From assembly GCA_000004985.1 (NCBI GenBank), contig GG738860.1: a DNA stretch of 64,000 bases; one strand, written 5' to 3'. The notes below the pieces were generated by a model that saw only the letters and a program-made list of their open reading frames with translations, did not search any database and was not told the DNA's origin. Below, in pieces: positions 1-11,041 of this stretch (its first letter is position 1; each line of letters begins with the position of its first letter). The DNA comes from Naegleria gruberi (lineage: Eukaryota). Position numbers and translations under genes: made by a program.

Positions 1-1597
1 GTTCTAAATGTTACCCAAATACAAATACAAAATAGAGGAACAAGAATTGGTATGAAAATTCCCAAATATTCAAACCATTTCAATTCTGACATTTCCCCAT
101 AATAGCTTATCAAACCAAAGCAAACATTAAGTGGAACACTACAAACTGCTGCTGTAATAGCATCCATACGGTTTCTAAGTCTTTGCTTTTTTTGAGTTTC
201 ATTCAAGTGGTGGTCGGTTTCATCTTGAATGGTTTCACCAGCATCATCTCTTCTTTTTCTTTCAACTCCATTATAGATAGTGATAAGGAATCCTGAAAGT
301 GTCATGAAATTGTCATCTTTGATATTATTATTTCTGTTAGGATTTGGTGCTAGCGAGAAGGACTTTACAGCAAAAATGATATCAAATAATAAAATTGCTG
401 TGTTCAAACAAAATAGAGGAATAATTGAAAATGCATAAGGTATATACTGGACATACTTGTCTAATCTTACTCCCAATAAAATAAAGAATGCAACAATACA
501 CAATAAAAAGCCGAATAACTCTAAAAAAACTTGAGCTCTATAATTGCTTGCACCAGCCATTAAAACTAAATAAATATAACCAGCTGCAAATTGAAGAGTT
601 GCATAAACCATTATAGGAATAAAAATTGACATATAAGTTAGTGGAGTAAATTCATCTTTCCAATCCAATTTCAAACATAATAAAATAGTACAACTCAAAA
701 AAACGGTCAACCCAACTAATAAACTGTATCCAACGAATCTATCAATTGATTTTCTCTTTTCTCTTTGAATAGATCTAACGGAACTATATAAAAGAGGATC
801 AGCACTTCTAAATGTGACGCTATCTCTAGCAATAGTTTCTAACTGTGACCTATATCTTTCGAATCTTCTATATTGTCTATTATAATGTCTTCTCCATTTA
901 ATAATATCCTTTACAGCCCAAAATATTATTGAAGATAATAAGAATACAACCATGAAATATGTTGGAATCATAACCATTATCCATCCAAATACCCAAACAG
1001 GAGCTTCAAACATAAAACGTGCCTCTAATTTAAACAGAATGAGTGACAATTGGAGGAACAGGAAATAAACTGTATAAACTGAGTTTACAAGTCCAGTCTT
1101 CCAAAATGGGATTTTACTATTAATTTTGATTAGAAATTAGAAAATAAAGAAACAAACCTTCCATTAGCAATATGGAATCCATTCACTTCACTAAAATTTC
1201 GATGTCTACGAGAACGGGATGGTCGTATTCGGTAAAATCGTTGACCCAAAGCTAATCTTGTAGCCAACTCATTAAGAGGTTCTTGTCCTGTTGTTGTTTG
1301 GTTATTGTTATTACTATTATCACCTTCTTGTTGATCATTACTAGCTGATGGTTGTTGTGATATTTCTCTTCCACTATTATTATTATTCTCTGAAGAATTA
1401 TTATTACTACTACCCGCTGCTTGTATTTCTTCCTCTTCATCATCACTTTGCAAATCATCAACGTCATCAATTAATAAATTATGACCATTACGTGTTGTTC
1501 TCATTGATGAATCACGATGATGCCGTAAGAGATCATTCAACGAGCTCGAACCAAACAACCCACTAGTCAAGTTGGATGCAGAGGAAGACTGAGACAT
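1..1597 (-). CDS. Multi-pass membrane protein with S/N/acidic-rich N-terminal region; partial, 3' end lies beyond window start
   Basis: Minus-strand ORF 1130..1597 (MSQSSSASNL...) ends at an in-frame stop unless a 41-nt intron (1117..1157, GTTTGT...AATAG) is removed. After splicing the frame stays open for >1100 nt to position 1 and encodes several hydrophobic helices (e.g. VWVFGWIMVMIPTYFMVVFLLSSIIFWAV, LLVGLTVFLSCTILLCL, IFIPIMVYATLQFAAGYIYLVLMAG). Exons complement(join(1..1116,1158..1597)). Confidence 0.5.
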
Positions 1598-2098
1598 TTT
1601 TATTTGAATTTTAATTTGTTTGCCTTCATTCCCCTTTTAGTGCGCACTCTATTATTGTTCCAAAATGATTCAGTGCACTGTGTTGACAAAAGATACTATG
1701 GTGATGGAGCGAGATGTACATATATTGAATTCTCTGGACAGAACTCAACACACAGAAGAGAAGAAAGTTAATACACTTGATTGTTGAGTTGTTTGTAGAA
1801 TAAGAGAAATAGACAAGATTTGAAAGAGATGGTTGCTACCTTCAATGTATTTCAATTGCATCTATATTGTATTGTAAAGAATGCACAAATGAGATTCTTA
1901 CAATGGAAGGAGGTGTAGTGAATTGGCGTGTACTAGCTACTTTTGTAACATCCGATTTTACAAAACTCAATTTCATACAACTACAGAAACTAAATTGGAT
2001 TCTCTTGGTAAACCATTTTGAAAAAACAGTGTCATCAAAGTAATAACTGAATTAGTTAAATATTGGACAGATGAATTTGATTTTCACACAAACAAAAA

Positions 2099-2668
2099 AT
2101 GTCATACCTTCGAACCCTCTCACTCTATGAACATTGGGATGAGTTTGTTGATGAAACTGTTAAAATGATAATTGAAGAGTGGTCCTCATCACCTTCCGTA
2201 CGAAAAGTAATGCTCCTCAACGATAAAAACACACAGGAAAATAATAATTCGCCTGTTCCTGTGAGTTTAATTTTGGTCAATGAAGAAAATCAAGTGGTTT
2301 CACATGCTAAATTAATTAAATCACAGGAAAATGTTTATATCATTGAAACTGTTGTCACTCGGAAAGATAAAAGAGGTCTCGGATATGGAAAGAGAATTGT
2401 AGATGAAATGTGTTTATATTTTAAAAACAATTTTATTACTGATACATCCAGTACTTTGTATCTATCAACTAAAATACCTAAATTCTATGAAAAGAGTGGA
2501 TTTATAACAAGTCAACCACCAGAGGCTTGTGGAAAAGTCTGTTCAAACCTCAATTCATCTCAAATTAATTCATTGTCTGCCATGTTATCAAAGAGAAATC
2601 AAACTAATTTACCTTTAAGCTCTGAATCCAAATCTGATGAAGTGTGGATGAAATGGATTGTTCAATAA
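2099..2668 (+). CDS. GNAT-family N-acetyltransferase (single exon)
   Basis: 189-aa ORF with acetyl-CoA binding motif A, R-G-L-G-Y-G-K-R-I-V (Q/RxxGxG/A), in a GNAT-like context (VYIIETVVTRKDKRGLGYGKRIVDEM). Native AT-rich composition with a poly-N run. Confidence 0.55.
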   Translation: MSYLRTLSLYEHWDEFVDETVKMIIEEWSSSPSVRKVMLLNDKNTQENNNSPVPVSLILVNEENQVVSHAKLIKSQENVYIIETVVTRKDKRGLGYGKRIVDEMCLYFKNNFITDTSSTLYLSTKIPKFYEKSGFITSQPPEACGKVCSNLNSSQINSLSAMLSKRNQTNLPLSSESKSDEVWMKWIVQ

Positions 2669-2858
2669 AAGATAAATGAATTGTACAACCAATCTTATCT
2701 ACAATATGTGTATCATATTCTCCATCATAATAATGTTTGTGTTCATCTTTGTATTCCAAGAGGAAATAGGTAGGTATTTTTAGAACACTCAAATAATTTT
2801 AAAAATTCATCTATTAAAAAATTAAGCTCACAACAGCTGCACCAATTATTGTATAAAA

Positions 2859-4463
2859 ATGACGATCAAGGAGACTACCGATGCTGAAATGAAGGAATCA
2901 ACTTCCCCAACTACTACTACTCTTTCACCAGAAGAGGAATTGGAATTAGTTATTAAAGGAGAATTGAAGGATCAATTAAAGTTAATTGCTAAATCAGCCC
3001 AACAAGATGATCTTGATAATGATAGAAAACAAATGAGAGCTTTTAGATTGTTCTACAACAAATTAAGAAGACAAATCACAGCCAAGTTGCTCGTTAGCAT
3101 TTTGAAGGTAGGTTTTGAATTGATTCCGATCTAATATTTTGTGGATTAATCTTAGGAATTGAAATGTTCTCATATTGTTTCATATATTGAAGATACTATC
3201 GGAATGCAAGACGATGAACAAAAGCCAATCCCAGAAGCTGAAATTTATTTATGGCTTATTACAATCATCTTTTTAACTGATAAGAAGGAATATCGTCGTG
3301 CTTATACTTGTGCTCTTGATTGCGTGAAATATCAACAAACATTGGAAAAGCAACAAAAGTCTCGCTCTGTCAATTTCCTCTTCTCTAAAGTGTATTTTTA
3401 TTTCTCCCTTGCTCATGAAAAGTTGCCAACCATTTCCAACAATGAATTTAGAAATATTTTGTTAGGAAGATTACGTAGTTGTACATTGTCTCATGATAAT
3501 TGGAGTCAATTTGTTATTTTGAACTGTTTATTGAGATCATATTTACAAGACAAGCTTGTAGAACAAGCCAACAAACTTTTGAAGAATGTACCTGTAGATC
3601 AAACAATTGGACATGTTGACAACAGTCAATTGGCTAGATATTTCTACTACAAGGGAAGAATTCAAAGTATCCAATTGGAATATTCTGAAGCTTTCAACTC
3701 TTTGCAAACTGCTCTCCGTAAGGCACCAAGTGCACAACCAATCAAGAAATCTCAAGGTACTGAATCAATTAATCCAGCTAAACGTACTTATGGTGTTGGT
3801 AGAGGCTTCCGTATCCATACTAACAAGTTGCTTATTGTTGTTAGCTTGTTGATGGGTCACATTCCAGATCGTTCACTCTTTGTTAATACTATTGAAGCAA
3901 CCAACGATAGTGTCACTTTGTCACAATTGAAGCCATATTATGAACTAACACAACAAGTTAGACTTGGTAATGTTAACGGATTTGAAACAATTGTTGAAAA
4001 GTATAGAGATCAATATATTGCTGATGATAATTTGACACTTATTAATCGTATTAGACAAAACGTCATTCGTACCGGTTTGAAGTCAATCATCAAAGCTTAT
4101 TCAAGAATTTCATTTGCAGATGTCAGTCAAAAATTGCATTTGAATGATGTTGATATTAATGATGTTCAAGGTATTATTGCCAAGGCCATTAAGGATGGTA
4201 TTATTGATGCCAAGATTGATGAAAGCACCCAAAGTGTAGATACAGCCAAGAATCAAGATGTTTATCAAACCAGTGAACCAGCTGATGAATTTGACAAACG
4301 TATTCAATTCTGTTTGAGTTGTAGAAGTCAATGTATCAAGGCCATGAGATATCGTGAAGAAAAGAAGAAAAAGCCAACACAACAAGACTCTGAAGATTCT
4401 CTTCATTTAGATATTGATGAACTTGTGGATGAAGTCGATGATGATGATATCATGGATGATTAA
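2859..4463 (+). CDS. RPN3: 26S proteasome regulatory (lid) subunit Rpn3/PSMD3, PCI domain
   Basis: Two exons join(2859..3107,3156..4463); 48-nt intron GTAGGT...CTTAG, phase 0. Strong family motifs: PEAEIYLWLITIIF, ARYFYYKGRIQSIQLEYSEAFNSLQTALRKAP, HTNKLLIVVSLLMGHIPDRSLF, RISFADVSQKLHL, IIAKAIKDGIIDAKID, RIQFCLSCRSQCIKAMRY (all match PSMD3 by recall). Confidence 0.85.
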
Positions 4464-4547
4464 ATTGTTAATAATTAAATACTCCTTTTGTAAATATTTT
4501 TCGAGTCAAGTTTCAAGGCTATTTTTAATTTTTAAAATTAATAAAAA

Positions 4548-5090
4548 ATGATAACAAACAACGAAGAGGAACAAACACCAACCACGGAAAAAAACAATGA
4601 AAATATTGAATTAGAAGATGATGAACAATTAATTACCAGAGCAACGAGACAACAAACGCAAGAATATTTCCAAAAACATAAAATCTCGCAAATCATAAAA
4701 CAAAAGTTAAATGAAGCTTTCAATTTAAATCATCAGGATCCGGTCGAATATTTATTTAGTACAAAGAGGATCCAACAACAAGATTTAAAATTACAACAAC
4801 AAGAAAAAGAATTAAAGGAATTGACCAAAAAACACGATGAAGAACTCACTGCTCTTCAACAAAGTAAAGAGGCCTCTAGAGAAGCATTGATTGAACAAGA
4901 AAAACAACTTGTCGATCAATTGGAACAATTAAGAAAGGAACGTAAAGATTTGGAAGATAAAATTCAACAAACAGAACAACAAAAGAAGGTTAGAGATGAA
5001 AATAGAAAATATAATATTGAGCTTTTAAAGCAACGAAATGCAGAACTGTCTCAAGAAAATCAAAAATTATCGAAAGAATTATCTGTATAA
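4548..5090 (+). CDS. Small coiled-coil protein (Q/E/K-rich), function unknown
   Basis: 180-aa ATG-initiated ORF. Heptad-like charged sequence (LKLQQQEKELKELTKKHDEELTALQQSKEASREALIEQEKQLVDQLEQLRKERKDLEDK). No recognisable catalytic motif. Confidence 0.45.
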   Translation: MITNNEEEQTPTTEKNNENIELEDDEQLITRATRQQTQEYFQKHKISQIIKQKLNEAFNLNHQDPVEYLFSTKRIQQQDLKLQQQEKELKELTKKHDEELTALQQSKEASREALIEQEKQLVDQLEQLRKERKDLEDKIQQTEQQKKVRDENRKYNIELLKQRNAELSQENQKLSKELSV

Positions 5091-5119
5091 TTACCTAATT
5101 TGTATATTTAAACACTTAT

Positions 5120-6448
5120 TTATTTCTTTTTCTTTTTTTTCTTTGGTGTTTTGGTTTTCTTTTCCTCAGATGCTGAAGCCTTGCTACTTGCCTCAACAAC
5201 TGCCTTGTTTGTTGTTGTTATATCGGTTTTAAAGTTTTCAATTCCTTCACTGTGATTCTCTAAACAATTTGGACAAAACCATTGTTTCTTGCCTTCTTCT
5301 GGCTTTTGTGAATCTGTTAAGCATTTATCAACATGAAATCCACAATCACAATAATCACAAAATACAAGTGTCCCTTCATTTGGTCCCTTTCTACATTTCA
5401 AACAAATTTTACAATCAGAACATAACCAATTATCCTTATGAACTTGTTCCAAATGTTCCAAATTAGGTGTATAACAAAATGTGTGGAAATATGAATTACA
5501 AGACAAACACTGAATGAATTTGGTCTCCTGCTCAAAACTATTACAAATCTTGCAAAGCTTTCTTGTTCTTGGTCTACCACGTTTCTTTGGAATCTGTGAA
5601 AGGTCAGTTTCAGAAAATATCTTAGTAGATGATTGACTTTCTGTTTCAGTCTTTGGTGTTTCAACTACAGATTCAACTGTTGGTGCATCAGATACATCAA
5701 CAGGTGCCGTAACTGTGCTTTCAATACTTGGTATGGTTTCCTCAGTTTGTGGAAATTCGTCTATCAATTGTATAAGAGCATCATTCTCGTCTATCATCTC
5801 TTGTTGTGGCTTATTTGATGAAAGAGAATCGATCACATCCGAATAGGTGTTTGAAATTCCTTCCAATCTATCCCTAGAAATTACTATTGTTGAATTAAGA
5901 GTTGGTTGATTTAGACGATTAAAACCAAACTCGTTAGCATATTCTGGTCTACTTTTACAATACATTTCCAAAATACTCTTAGTGTTATGAATATATCTTT
6001 GTTCTTGTTTCGAATTTTGGAAGAATTTGGTACAGTAACAAATTACTCTAGCTGTGTATGGACAAGCTGTATGGAAGTTAGATTTGTATCCGAAACTAGT
6101 CTTAACATTAGGGAATGATGACATTAGAAAAGGAACTTCCTCCTTTTGTCTCTTCATCAATTGTATTTCTTCCAAAGATAATTGCTTAGATTTTGTTTGA
6201 TCTCCATTATGAACAATCGATGACGAATTATCATTCACATTAGATAGTAAATCTCCATTTATCATCATCAAGTCATCACCATGTGCAATATTGTTATTTC
6301 CTTCCTCCAAAATAATATTTGTTGTTTGAACGGAAGAAGATGTATCAACAACAGATGCAAGAACCTCATCGGCACTCTCATCAATTCCATTCAACAATTC
6401 ATCGACGTCATTTTGATGAGAACGTGGCGGAGTTTCAATTTCACTCAT
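5120..6448 (-). CDS. Tandem PHD zinc-finger protein with lysine-rich C-terminus
   Basis: Minus ORF 5120..6493. Two adjacent C4HC3 PHD fingers (CKICNSF...CLSCNSYFHTFC...WLCSDCKIC; CLKCRKG...FCDYCDCGFHVDKC...WFCPNCL). Start taken at MSEIETPP (6448); an upstream in-frame ATG at 6493 is also possible. Confidence 0.6.
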   Translation of the reverse strand: MSEIETPPRSHQNDVDELLNGIDESADEVLASVVDTSSSVQTTNIILEEGNNNIAHGDDLMMINGDLLSNVNDNSSSIVHNGDQTKSKQLSLEEIQLMKRQKEEVPFLMSSFPNVKTSFGYKSNFHTACPYTARVICYCTKFFQNSKQEQRYIHNTKSILEMYCKSRPEYANEFGFNRLNQPTLNSTIVISRDRLEGISNTYSDVIDSLSSNKPQQEMIDENDALIQLIDEFPQTEETIPSIESTVTAPVDVSDAPTVESVVETPKTETESQSSTKIFSETDLSQIPKKRGRPRTRKLCKICNSFEQETKFIQCLSCNSYFHTFCYTPNLEHLEQVHKDNWLCSDCKICLKCRKGPNEGTLVFCDYCDCGFHVDKCLTDSQKPEEGKKQWFCPNCLENHSEGIENFKTDITTTNKAVVEASSKASASEEKKTKTPKKKKKKK

Positions 6449-6708
6449 TTTTTTCAACTTTACTTTTAGCGGTTTCTTGAAGAAAATGATCATTGTTATG
6501 TAACGGGATATGACTCATAGTTGTTTCATCATGAGCAATGCTCTTCTTGTATCAATTCGTATTGAATAAATGGCTCGACATTTTTTACTGGCTATGATAA
6601 GCATCAGGAGTTGAATTTTTAAAAAAGGCTTTCCTTCCCGTTCTTCCGGTGTTGTTGGGAAGTAAAAAATTGGATTTTTCAAAAATTTAATATTTTAAAA
6701 ATAAAAAA

Positions 6709-7268
6709 ATGTCAAAACCAGTAAAGATTAGAGCAGGTACAACAGCATTGTTAGGAATTATCGGTGATGAGGAAACTGTTACTGGTTTCTTGTTGGCAGG
6801 TATTGGTGATAATGATCCAAAGCATGCTGAAAATTTCCTTATCGTTTCCCAAAGTATGTGTGATTTTTTTGTTATGATGATATATATTTGTTGTGTGATG
6901 ATATTTGGTTGACGAATTGTGAATATTATTAATGTTATTGGCATGAAATTATAATGCGGAAATAATGGACTTTTTACTTTGGATTTTAAAAGGTACTCCA
7001 CAATCACAAATTGAAGAAGCTTTCAAAAAATTCACTTCCAGAGAAGATATTGCTATTTTACTTATCAACCAACATGTTAGTATTTAATATTTCAATTAAT
7101 TTCTTACGAGTATAATGTATTAATTAGGTCGCTGAACAAATCAGATATTTGTTGGACAGCTATTCTCAAATCACTCCAGCTATTTTAGAAGTCCCATCTA
7201 AGGAAGCTCCTTATGATCCATCCAAAGATTACATCCTCTCCCGTGTTAAAATGTTCTTCTCCGATTAA
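6709..7268 (+). CDS. ATP6V1F: V-type H+-ATPase subunit F
   Basis: Three exons join(6709..6853,6993..7075,7128..7268); introns 139 nt (GTATGT...AAAAG, phase 1) and 52 nt (GTTAGT...AATTAG, phase 0). Product [34 protein letters not shown]...[78 protein letters not shown] is collinear with human ATP6V1F. Confidence 0.88.
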
Positions 7269-7305
7269 TAAATCCTTTCTCTTGATCTTTTCTTGTATTC
7301 AAAGT

Positions 7306-10300
7306 TTAGTTTATTTTGACATTTGATGTGGTAAATCTTGCATAAATTGGAGCAAATATCTCTAAATGTTTTCTTAATGAGTTTTTGATATTGGCCATAT
7401 AATCTTCTTGTTGTGGAGGTGGTTGAGTTGGATTAGTTGGATCTGTTGTTGGGGGTGTAGTGTTGGCATTAGAAGTCTTTGTGCTTACAATGAAACGGAA
7501 AATATCTAATAGCATGTCAACTGCTTCTCTCGGTGAAACATAAGGAATAATTTCGTTAATAAGGTCCATTGGTTCCACAATCAATTCAGCTCTATAAATG
7601 ATGTTAATGATTTGTATCGTTTTCATTATCAAATGTTTGTCACTTTCACTAGATCCAAAACCCTTATTATTTGATAATACTCGTAAATTCCATTCACCAA
7701 TTACATTAGCAAACAAACTTATTATAGTTAGTTCCATATTTTCAAGTTCTATAAACTTCTTAGGATATGATAATGAAATAAAATCAATCAAACTGTACAA
7801 AATAGGGAATTTGTGGAACATCTTGTCTATAACTATTTCTCTTTCGGTCATTGGTTTCTTAGGTAAAGTTGTTATCAGTTGGGAAGGAGATTGAGCAGGA
7901 TATTGCAACTTGAGTCTTTTCATTAACTGCTTGCCAAGTTGTAAGGTTGTCAAAAGGTTCTTTTCTGGATTTTGGGAGAATAAGCATTTGGAGAATAGGC
8001 TGAGAATATGTGACTTGTTAAGTTTGACAATTTCTTCATTATACCTGTCATGGTGAGAAGTGTCTTTCTTGAGATGGAAAGATCTATTTCTTATTTTAAG
8101 CTGTACATTATTTGGATTTACAAAGACGACACCTCTTGTTCTGATACCTGATTTATCATCAAGGATGTATTTCTTCTTATTGGTAGTGCTGGTATCGTTG
8201 GAGTTAATTTGTTTAACTAAGGATGGATGTTCCGATTTAGATGTTGATTCAGTGGTTTCAGTGTTCAACTCTAAACCTTCCTCTACATCTTTGAAGAGTA
8301 TTTTTGTAATAAAATTCTTATCCTCAGATCTGATATCATCATTACTTAATATCTTAGAGTTTGTTGATGTTTCGTCAGGGAAAAAGTAGTTGACAAGTGA
8401 TAACGCATCCTTGTGATAGAGCAAAGGATAGTTAATTTGTTCATGCACTTGTGTTGAAGTGAATACATTGGTTGCATGGAGTCTGGATTCCATGTGATTA
8501 GAAAATATTAAATCAAGGGTAAAATCAAAAACAGAAGAGGCAACTTTTTCAAATCTAGTGCACAAAGTTGAAACTATTTCTTTTGTTATACTCCTACATG
8601 ATTCAATTATTTCCATTCTTCCATCGAAAACAATATACAACAAGTAATAGTAGTATAAAGTACTTGCAATATCACTATCAGGGTCAATAATGTTGTTAGG
8701 AATAATTTCATGAGATGCTTTCATTCTATTTCTCAATTGGTGTCTTCTCTGATGTTTAGTGGAGAAGGTAGGTTTAAGTAAAAAGAAATAGTAAGCAATC
8801 AGAGCTTGGGATAATTGATTGGCTATCATTTCTGGTATTGTTATGGAGGCTGTCTCTTCAGTGCTACGAATAATAGTTACTGTTTTTAAAATAGAAATAA
8901 AGGATTCGAGTATTAGAATAGGTAGGTCTTTGGCAGTAGGTGATGATCTAAAAAGGTATGGATACAACAATTGCCATTTTGTTATAAAATAATAACAAAT
9001 TACGGACTTGTACTGAACTTCCTCATCTTCCATGTCTTTCATGATGTTTATCCAAAGACAAATATTTCTTATAACCATACAACAATTATCTTGTTCATTT
9101 GAATTGGTAATCTTCCATAACACTTTTTCAATAAATGGTTCATTGAAAGTGGAATAGTTCTTAGCAACCACATCATAAAGTTTCAAAAAAACTATTGTAA
9201 CCTTTCCATCTTTTGATGAAATATCTTTAGAGAATGAGAATGACTTTAGAATATGTAAAAGGATGTTCGACGAAATTGCTTCTCCACCTGCTATACATAA
9301 AAGTTCAAGTAAGAAGAACCATATTGATTCGCTGATGGCATCCGATTGGATAGTAAATAACAGAATATCTTCGAAATGTTTCTGTAAGCTATTTAAGAAT
9401 GTCAGAGAGTTCAATCTTGGAACTAGAGATGGTGAAACCTGTTGAATAGTATCTGCTGAATAATTGAATTCGTGGAGCTTAGAGGAGTAGAAAATAAAAT
9501 CTTCTTGGAGTATCGAAACAACATAATTCAAAACCACAAAGAATTTGTCCCTAATGTAATGATCAACTTCCTCATCCTCAATAATGCTTTTGAAAAGCAT
9601 TAGAAAATCAAAAGAGTGATCTCTTAGTTGATGCATATTTTCTCCAATAATTTCCAATAAAATTCCAAGACCATGTCTATCTGGTATTTTGAAAGGAAGA
9701 ACGGAAAGCAATGAAATAAAACCTTTCTTGTTAGATTGCACCATTTCTAAAAAGTCTGGCAAAATTATTTTGATCACACCTTCACATTCACTCAATAGAT
9801 AGAAAATTAGGGCAAATAGGATTTGCTTCTTTTCGTGGCTAATATTATGAATATCAAACATTATTTCCTTTACCATAGGCAGTAATAAACTCTTAAGTAT
9901 TTCTGGAAATTTGTTACTCATATTAGCAAGAGTTTTCAGCTCCCTTTTAAGTATCAGCTTTTCCTTCATTGAGTCAAATATTGGAATATTAAATAAATTT
10001 TCTCTAGATTGGCCAAGATTTAGCAATGAATTAATTATTTCAAGAATAACTTTTGAAATAATAAATGGAAGGGATATAAAAGGATTTTCTAAAGAAAAAT
10101 TTACAAAGAGAAAATCGCTTTCAGTAGAGTACAAAAAGTCCAAAAGAACTCTATGCTTTGAATAGATTTCTCTAAGTGAAGGACATAAATCATAATTTAC
10201 AACTTGTCTCAACTCGTTAGGTATTATAATTTTGTTAAACTCTGATATTGTAGTTGACTTGTCGATTGGCTTAAAAATAAATTTCATTATGTCTAAATAG

Positions 10301-10944
10301 AGTTGGCACAGGTTATGAATTTCCAACTTATCTAAAATAGCTCCAGTTGTAATATTTTTGGATTCAAAGACCTCATTTGATGTTTTTCTCTTTTTTTGAG
10401 GAGGATTCAATTCGTCTGTAGTTAAATTCTCAACTTGATTCATGTCTTCTGGAGGAGGAGTATAAATGGAAAGGGTTCTATTGATTTCTGATATTATTTG
10501 TTGAGTTAAAAACTCTAAAACTTCTTTTTGGAAATTTTGATTTTTAGTGTTCTTAATTCTCAACTTTAAATCGCTTGTAATTGCTTTTTTAACAACATAA
10601 TAATTTAGTTTCCAATGTTCATCCAATTGCTCGGATTGTTTGATTAAGTTTTCCATTCTTTGATTACGTGTTCTGTTGTATGATTGTTCCTTGAAGATGG
10701 ATTCTTTACATTTTTCGTATTGTTCATAGTACAGACTCATCTGATTACAAAGTGTTTTAAAACTATTCATAAATTCATCATCACTGGTTTGATTTGTAAA
10801 TACATCCCGAAGAGTCTGGGAGAGAATAGTAGGATCCACAATCGCAACAATTTGTTTAAAATACGTATAAGTATGATAATCTTGTTGCTTTGTTTTTGGG
10901 ATCACAAAGATGGATTGAAGTTTTGCCTGATGATCCATCATCAC
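7306..10944 (-). CDS. Large (1212 aa) uncharacterised, predominantly alpha-helical protein; single exon
   Basis: Uninterrupted 3.6-kb minus ORF with native codon usage. No family motif recognised by eye (possibly a HEAT/ARM-like scaffold). Its stop (7306) lies 37 nt from the V-ATPase F stop (7268) on the opposite strand. Confidence 0.6.
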   Translation of the reverse strand: MMMDHQAKLQSIFVIPKTKQQDYHTYTYFKQIVAIVDPTILSQTLRDVFTNQTSDDEFMNSFKTLCNQMSLYYEQYEKCKESIFKEQSYNRTRNQRMENLIKQSEQLDEHWKLNYYVVKKAITSDLKLRIKNTKNQNFQKEVLEFLTQQIISEINRTLSIYTPPPEDMNQVENLTTDELNPPQKKRKTSNEVFESKNITTGAILDKLEIHNLCQLYLDIMKFIFKPIDKSTTISEFNKIIIPNELRQVVNYDLCPSLREIYSKHRVLLDFLYSTESDFLFVNFSLENPFISLPFIISKVILEIINSLLNLGQSRENLFNIPIFDSMKEKLILKRELKTLANMSNKFPEILKSLLLPMVKEIMFDIHNISHEKKQILFALIFYLLSECEGVIKIILPDFLEMVQSNKKGFISLLSVLPFKIPDRHGLGILLEIIGENMHQLRDHSFDFLMLFKSIIEDEEVDHYIRDKFFVVLNYVVSILQEDFIFYSSKLHEFNYSADTIQQVSPSLVPRLNSLTFLNSLQKHFEDILLFTIQSDAISESIWFFLLELLCIAGGEAISSNILLHILKSFSFSKDISSKDGKVTIVFLKLYDVVAKNYSTFNEPFIEKVLWKITNSNEQDNCCMVIRNICLWINIMKDMEDEEVQYKSVICYYFITKWQLLYPYLFRSSPTAKDLPILILESFISILKTVTIIRSTEETASITIPEMIANQLSQALIAYYFFLLKPTFSTKHQRRHQLRNRMKASHEIIPNNIIDPDSDIASTLYYYYLLYIVFDGRMEIIESCRSITKEIVSTLCTRFEKVASSVFDFTLDLIFSNHMESRLHATNVFTSTQVHEQINYPLLYHKDALSLVNYFFPDETSTNSKILSNDDIRSEDKNFITKILFKDVEEGLELNTETTESTSKSEHPSLVKQINSNDTSTTNKKKYILDDKSGIRTRGVVFVNPNNVQLKIRNRSFHLKKDTSHHDRYNEEIVKLNKSHILSLFSKCLFSQNPEKNLLTTLQLGKQLMKRLKLQYPAQSPSQLITTLPKKPMTEREIVIDKMFHKFPILYSLIDFISLSYPKKFIELENMELTIISLFANVIGEWNLRVLSNNKGFGSSESDKHLIMKTIQIINIIYRAELIVEPMDLINEIIPYVSPREAVDMLLDIFRFIVSTKTSNANTTPPTTDPTNPTQPPPQQEDYMANIKNSLRKHLEIFAPIYARFTTSNVKIN

Positions 10945-11041
10945 TCTGTTGCAATCAAATAATTTATTTTTTTTTCTATTTATTTTTCAAATTATCATCG
11001 GCTTGAAGTCCTTCACAGCAGTGAAGAAGGAAGAATAATTA

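Noticed and set aside
2099-2668. Intronless GNAT acetyltransferase and intronless COQ8 (41944..43917) as horizontal transfers
   Set aside because: Both have the same AT-rich composition, codon bias and N-runs as neighbouring genes. COQ8 is a universal eukaryotic mitochondrial protein. No compositional discontinuity at their borders.
3159-3161. ORF-track start codons (M printed for TTG/GTG, e.g. 3159, 24493, 41464, 56923)
   Set aside because: The track uses a bacterial start-codon set. In this eukaryotic context those Ms are internal residues of spliced exons. Gene starts were instead assigned at ATG codons consistent with homology.
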